Assembly (NCBI GenBank): GCA_017516075.1
Contig: JAFWDS010000021.1
Span: 17,151-81,150, forward strand
Origin: Candidatus Saccharimonadota bacterium
GTDB taxonomy: Bacteria > Patescibacteriota > Saccharimonadia > Saccharimonadales > Saccharimonadaceae
Length of the DNA: 64,000 nucleotides
Direction of reading: 5' to 3'
Position numbers and translations under genes: made by a program. The notes beneath the pieces were generated by a model, which did no database searches, was not told the DNA's origin, and saw only the letters and a list, made by a program, of their open reading frames with translations. This document shows, one piece after another, positions 59,318-64,000 of this stretch. Within the stretch, counting starts at the first letter, position 1. Each line of letters begins with the position of its first letter.

Positions 59318-59710
59318 TTAACCCTTTCCTAATATTAAATTAAATAACCATGTAAAGAACAAATCGAGTAAAGAAATAAATACTACAAACAAAGCCGTAT
59401 AGATAAATACTGCTAGTACCATCTTCCAGGTAGCCTTGCGATTTGGCCAACGCACTTGACGGATTTCGCGCCAGGAATCACGTAAATATCGCCAAAGGTA
59501 TACAAACGGGCGGAATAGTACAAAAGGTTTCTTCTCGTCAGTTTTCTTCTCGCTCTTTAATGCCTTCTTTTCGGCTTTACGAATTTCTTTCTGCTTTTGT
59601 TTCGCGACTTTTTTATCTTTGACTACTACTTTTTTGCGAGTAATAGTCGGCTCTTCGCCCTGCTCCTTCGCGGACGATTCCCCAGCTTTAATTCGCGTAA
59701 TTTTAGCCAT
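59318..59710 (-). CDS. secE: Preprotein translocase subunit SecE with Lys-rich N-extension
   Basis: SWREIRQVRWPNRK + TM helix, directly upstream of nusG. Confidence 0.88.
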   Translation of the reverse strand: MAKITRIKAGESSAKEQGEEPTITRKKVVVKDKKVAKQKQKEIRKAEKKALKSEKKTDEKKPFVLFRPFVYLWRYLRDSWREIRQVRWPNRKATWKMVLAVFIYTALFVVFISLLDLFFTWLFNLILGKG

Positions 59711-59772
59711 CTTGCTCCTTAACTTTATTAATGGTATCAAAAAAGTCTGATACCAGACTTGTCAAGATTATA

Positions 59773-61515
59773 CTACTTGCTAAATAAATAGTCAAGATAA
59801 TCCTTTAACATTCTGGCCCCCGAAATAATCGGAATAAATGCCGAGAGCTGCTTTTTTACTGCAAATTCCAAATCAAAGTCGTTTTCAAATATTTCGATGC
59901 TTTCTTCCATTCTCTGATAAAGCATATCGAGCTCGTCTTCTTCGGAACTGCCAGACACATTTAGGTACGCGCTAATTGGTCCATCCGCTACACCGCCATC
60001 ATGTGTAGAAATAAGTAGCCCCATATTACCGACGTCCTTCATCCACGATGTGCCACAGGCCTCTAGTCCCACAATGGGAACATTAATTGCTGTATTGCAG
60101 CCCACCGACAAGCCATAGGCTAGTTCCTCATCATAATCAGGCAAATAGTGCACATGTGTGCGCAAATATTCGTCATCAGAAACACGCTTGAGAATAGATG
60201 AAAGCTTACCGGACATAATCTCATCACCAGTATGTACGCGTCCAGTTAAAATATAATGTGCATTTCTAGATTGCAAAATAGCCTTAAATCTATTTATGTC
60301 GCGAAAAGGCAAGTCCGGTCTTTTGTAGTCCACAAATCTACGTTTGAAATCAAAAATATAATCATCGTCTCTAAATTGCAGAATCTTACCCTCGAAATCA
60401 GGGTGCTTCATTAATATCGCATTCAAAGCATGTCGTCCCATAGTCTTGAAATCTCGTATATCGCTCGCGTTCAAATACTCGATTTTGTTCGTATAGTCAG
60501 GCGTTGGCGCCAAATCTTGATCCAAAATCCCAGCATCTAGATAATAATTCAATATCTCGGGCAAAAGCCAGGTCTCCAAATCTATACCATTTGTCACCGC
60601 TTTGAATTTTACCTTGTTTCCCGCAATATCGTGATAGTTCGCTACTCTTGCATGCAGCTTTGAAACACCTGAACGGAGTTCTGCAATTTCAATCGTCACC
60701 GAAGACAGTTTTAATTTGCCATTATCGAACTTGTCGCGCAACCATTTTTTTACAGCCAAAGAATGTAGATTCGGGAAAACAAAACGCTCGAATTGCTCAA
60801 TACCAAACTCCGCCTCGGCCGCTTGCACAAGAGTATGATTAGTGTATAGTGTATGCTTACGTGTGTATACTACGGCCTCGTAAAAATCCATACCATTCTT
60901 GACTAACTCATCGAGTCTAGCTAGAGCTGCAAAAAAAGTCGCAACCTCGTTTAGCTGCATGATTGCTGGCTTTAGACCCAGTAGCTTCAAAGCTTGATAG
61001 CCACCAAAACCCAAAGAAACTTCTTGGTATAAACGATGGTCAGAGCCACTTGTATCGGAGTAGAGTTCACCAAAATTCGGTTCATAAATACATATTATTC
61101 TAGTATTCTTGAATTGTTTTTGGATGACTTCTAATTTACTTAATTCGCCACAACATTTGATATTGATAGTATCCACCAATCTAAAACCGTAATCGTGATA
61201 ATCTTTCTTTTGGTGGCCATCAATCACCTTGCCATCAACAACAACCTGATGGGTCTCAGAAGGATAGAACGGCGTAATGAGTGCAAAAGGCACTCCCATT
61301 CTTTCGGCTACACGTCTCGTATCTGCCGCGAGAACACCTAGTCCGCCACCGCCGCGGATTCCATTTTGCTGGTCATATAATTCAATTGTCCAATAAGTAT
61401 ATGGACGCTCCGCGGAAATTGCTTTTGTTAAGCGATTGCGCTCCACCGACTCGTAAAAAATATCAACATCTTCAATATTCTCTAACGGATGGTAAAAAAA
61501 ATCGTTTTCGTCCAT
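59773..61515 (-). CDS. glgP: Alpha-glucan (glycogen) phosphorylase family, GT35
   Basis: GGGGLGVLAADT, QEVSLGFGG, YTNHT, RRFVDYKRP, EACGTSWMK. Confidence 0.85.
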   Translation of the reverse strand: MDENDFFYHPLENIEDVDIFYESVERNRLTKAISAERPYTYWTIELYDQQNGIRGGGGLGVLAADTRRVAERMGVPFALITPFYPSETHQVVVDGKVIDGHQKKDYHDYGFRLVDTINIKCCGELSKLEVIQKQFKNTRIICIYEPNFGELYSDTSGSDHRLYQEVSLGFGGYQALKLLGLKPAIMQLNEVATFFAALARLDELVKNGMDFYEAVVYTRKHTLYTNHTLVQAAEAEFGIEQFERFVFPNLHSLAVKKWLRDKFDNGKLKLSSVTIEIAELRSGVSKLHARVANYHDIAGNKVKFKAVTNGIDLETWLLPEILNYYLDAGILDQDLAPTPDYTNKIEYLNASDIRDFKTMGRHALNAILMKHPDFEGKILQFRDDDYIFDFKRRFVDYKRPDLPFRDINRFKAILQSRNAHYILTGRVHTGDEIMSGKLSSILKRVSDDEYLRTHVHYLPDYDEELAYGLSVGCNTAINVPIVGLEACGTSWMKDVGNMGLLISTHDGGVADGPISAYLNVSGSSEEDELDMLYQRMEESIEIFENDFDLEFAVKKQLSAFIPIISGARMLKDYLDYLFSK

Positions 61516-61542
61516 ACTGCTTATGATTATAGCACAAATTTT

Positions 61543-62505
61543 TTAGTACCAAAAATCTTTTGGTAATTTATCAGCAATTCTTTGATGGAAATCGTAGTCG
61601 AATCCTTCAAGACGCTTAGGGTTTTTGGTTTTGAAGTATTTTTTGCGGATTTCGGCTGCAGACATTATTTCACCCGGTATTAAACGATATTTCTTTCGGA
61701 AATTTAAACCACGCTTGTAGTTTTTGGGTGGAAGTATTGCTAAAGGTACAAAATCGCAATTCATTTCTGGATCTGAATAAAGCTTTAGAGCCAACATCGA
61801 CATGGTCGGTATGATGTCCTCTTTTTTATTAAAGACATCTTCGTTTTTAAAAACGGTTGCTTGTCTGGTAGCAGAAGGCGCTACGAACACTACGCCACCC
61901 TCTTTTATTCCATCGTGCGAAATCTTAGTATATATATCTCGAAACTCCTTTTTGAGTCTACTACCCTCTTCATAAAGAAAAGTTCCCTCCTTTAAATCCA
62001 TCTTTTTCCATGTAGCAGGAGTAATAGTCGGCGTTATAATGATACCAAGCCTCTTAATTCTGTCATAATTTGGTGCAAGCGATTCATACCAGGGCAGATT
62101 AACTGGAAAAAACATCGGCTTATCGCCCATAATATCAATTTTCATAGTTAAAATACGTGCGATTTCGCCTAGGGATGGATGATTAAAACCTACCACCATG
62201 CCATTTGGGTTATCCTTTGGCATTCCACTATACGAACCAGGAGTAATTTTTGAAAGAATTCTGACTAACTTCTTGCGCGCAGCTTGGTTATGTTTCTCTA
62301 TATCTTTTTTAGGCCCAGTGGTACGAAAGAAATAATTAATAGCCGTATTGCATGCTTTTCCCACGGGCACCATTTCTTTGCGAAGCTTTTCTGCGCCCAA
62401 AGTCGTTAATAAAGAATAGTTTTCGTGTTGTAGTTTATCAATTACTTGTTCAGCAGTTAATTCTTTAAGTTCTTTTTTGGTAAATGTTTTTTTCTTCTTA
62501 GCCAT
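61543..62505 (-). CDS. Putative lysophospholipid acyltransferase (PlsC-like, divergent)
   Basis: VVGFNHPSLGE and VFVAPSATR resemble acyltransferase motifs NHxSxxD and FPEGTR; TGATATAAT 7 nt before ATG 62505. Confidence 0.45.
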   Translation of the reverse strand: MAKKKKTFTKKELKELTAEQVIDKLQHENYSLLTTLGAEKLRKEMVPVGKACNTAINYFFRTTGPKKDIEKHNQAARKKLVRILSKITPGSYSGMPKDNPNGMVVGFNHPSLGEIARILTMKIDIMGDKPMFFPVNLPWYESLAPNYDRIKRLGIIITPTITPATWKKMDLKEGTFLYEEGSRLKKEFRDIYTKISHDGIKEGGVVFVAPSATRQATVFKNEDVFNKKEDIIPTMSMLALKLYSDPEMNCDFVPLAILPPKNYKRGLNFRKKYRLIPGEIMSAAEIRKKYFKTKNPKRLEGFDYDFHQRIADKLPKDFWY

Positions 62506-62626
62506 ACCATATATTATATCACAAATAAAACAAGTTTGGATATCACGATAAAATTCATTAATTTTTCCATTTTTTATTATGATTATGCTATAATAAAAAC
62601 ATGCGAGAGTGTTGGAGTGAGGACCT

Positions 62627-64000
62627 GTGAGGGGTCCGATAAAAAAGTTATTATTTATAAATATACTCGCATTTGTCAGCCTACTTTTCACCAGTCAGGC
62701 GGTTTTTGCTGAGTCGGATTTATCAATTTCAATTTCTTCCGATTCTGTTCATTTGAATCTATTTGCAGGTGAATTTGGCGCCGGGAGTCAGACTATCACC
62801 GCTTCTACTACTAACTCAGCCGGTTATACAATCAGATTAACCACGGCGGGTGATTCCTCTGCTCTAGTAGATAGTCTAGATAATTCGAAAATCATTCCTA
62901 CTTTCACCCCACCGAGTGGTTCATCTAGTATCCCAGTTGACTCAATTAGTGATGGCTATGGCTATAGTGTAGATAGTGGTGCAAACTATTTACCAATACC
63001 AGAACCTCTAGACGCACCCGCCGTGTTGTTCCAAACTTCAAATTCTGGTTCCAATGAACACATATTGACTTTCGGTGTGAAAGCCCCTATCTCTACCCAA
63101 TCCGGTAGTTACAGCAATACTTTTAATATTATTATAGTAGCAAACTTATTGCCCTGCCCAGAAGATAACATTTGCTATGCTGGCAATGGGGATGATGGTA
63201 CTGGGACAATGCCAAATCAATCTGCTAGTTCAAATTCAAACATTGACTTATTAGCATCTAATTTCTCTCGCCCAGGATATGGCTTTGCGGGCTGGAATAC
63301 TGAACCAGATGGCTCAGGCACTAATTATGGCCCCAACCAATCAATCACTACTGGTGATATTTCTGTCGCAGGGCTACAACTTTATGCTCGCTGGATAAAG
63401 TCATCAGGCAATCTACAAGGTTGGGATGGCTGCAGTGAAATGACGGCTATCCATTATGACGAAGTAACTGGCGACCTGATTGTGGCTCCAAATAGCATTA
63501 CGGCCCTCACGGATTCTCGTGACCAGAATACATATGCTGTGGCTAAATTTGCTGATAATCAGTGTTGGATGATTGAAAACCTTCGCCTAGACCTTAATGC
63601 TCAAGGTCTTGAGATAAACAGCGACAATACAAACAAGCCAACTGCTGATTTTATCACAGCAGCAAATCAACATCCTGATTCATCGAATAGTTTCTGCACC
63701 GGTAATAACGCTAGTTGCAACGATCAGATAAAGTTTAACACTAACAACACGAATCGCGATTTAACCGCTTCGTATTATGAAAATACTAACTCCGCATCCT
63801 GGTATTCTTACGGGCATTATTACAACTGGTATACCGCTACTGCTGGTAACGGCACTTACGGCTTGAGTACTGAAGGTGCAGCAGCAAGTGGTGATATTTG
63901 CCCAGTGAATTGGCGATTGCCATCTGGGTATGGCGATCTTGGCGACTTGGCGGTTTTAGACATTTCTATGGGCGGAGATGGCAAAAAACGGACTACTAGT
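62627..64000 (+). CDS. Secreted FISUMP-domain surface protein (paralog 7), truncated by window end
   Basis: Manual translation from GTG 62627: signal peptide, SNFSRPGYGFAGWNT, YAVAKFADNQCWMIENLRL, YGHYYNW, CPVNWRLP; open to 64000. Confidence 0.8.
   Translation, partial: MRGPIKKLLFINILAFVSLLFTSQAVFAESDLSISISSDSVHLNLFAGEFGAGSQTITASTTNSAGYTIRLTTAGDSSALVDSLDNSKIIPTFTPPSGSSSIPVDSISDGYGYSVDSGANYLPIPEPLDAPAVLFQTSNSGSNEHILTFGVKAPISTQSGSYSNTFNIIIVANLLPCPEDNICYAGNGDDGTGTMPNQSASSNSNIDLLASNFSRPGYGFAGWNTEPDGSGTNYGPNQSITTGDISVAGLQLYARWIKSSGNLQGWDGCSEMTAIHYDEVTGDLIVAPNSITALTDSRDQNTYAVAKFADNQCWMIENLRLDLNAQGLEINSDNTNKPTADFITAANQHPDSSNSFCTGNNASCNDQIKFNTNNTNRDLTASYYENTNSASWYSYGHYYNWYTATAGNGTYGLSTEGAAASGDICPVNWRLPSGYGDLGDLAVLDISMGGDGKKRTTS

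Overview
A 64-kb stretch of bacterial chromosome, most likely from Patescibacteria / Candidatus Saccharibacteria (TM7). This is an inference from the reduced gene set, a RecR lacking its Zn finger, an N-extended uL1, dnaB with no upstream rplI, and TM7-style giant surface proteins. It carries housekeeping genes (alaS partial, mnmA, iscS-like, tatD, typA, ung, tdk, tmk, queH-queA-tgt, cysS, pgsA, cdsA, recR, ybaB, dnaB, dnaX, rplJ/L/A/K, nusG, secE, glucan phosphorylase) and seven paralogous secreted FISUMP-domain surface proteins. Main discovery: a family of modular, GC-rich palindromic elements (about 80-290 bp). Eleven copies sit IN FRAME inside nine housekeeping genes (mnmA x2, iscS, tatD, typA, queA x2, tgt, cysS, pgsA, dnaX), and six long hairpins are intergenic. 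Copies occur in both orientations and several reading frames, share near-identical cores, show compensatory stem changes, and two carry a nested 75-bp module. This resembles Rickettsia palindromic elements; no cognate transposase is visible in the window. Secondary themes: the FISUMP paralogs are mosaic and have C-termini resembling DGR (diversity-generating retroelement) variable regions, though no reverse transcriptase or template repeat is in the window; many promoters suggest leaderless mRNAs (TGnTATAAT 6-7 nt before the start codon); and there is an apparent fatty-acid-scavenging route to phosphatidylglycerol. No rRNA, tRNA or CRISPR array was found. All alignments and counts were done by eye.
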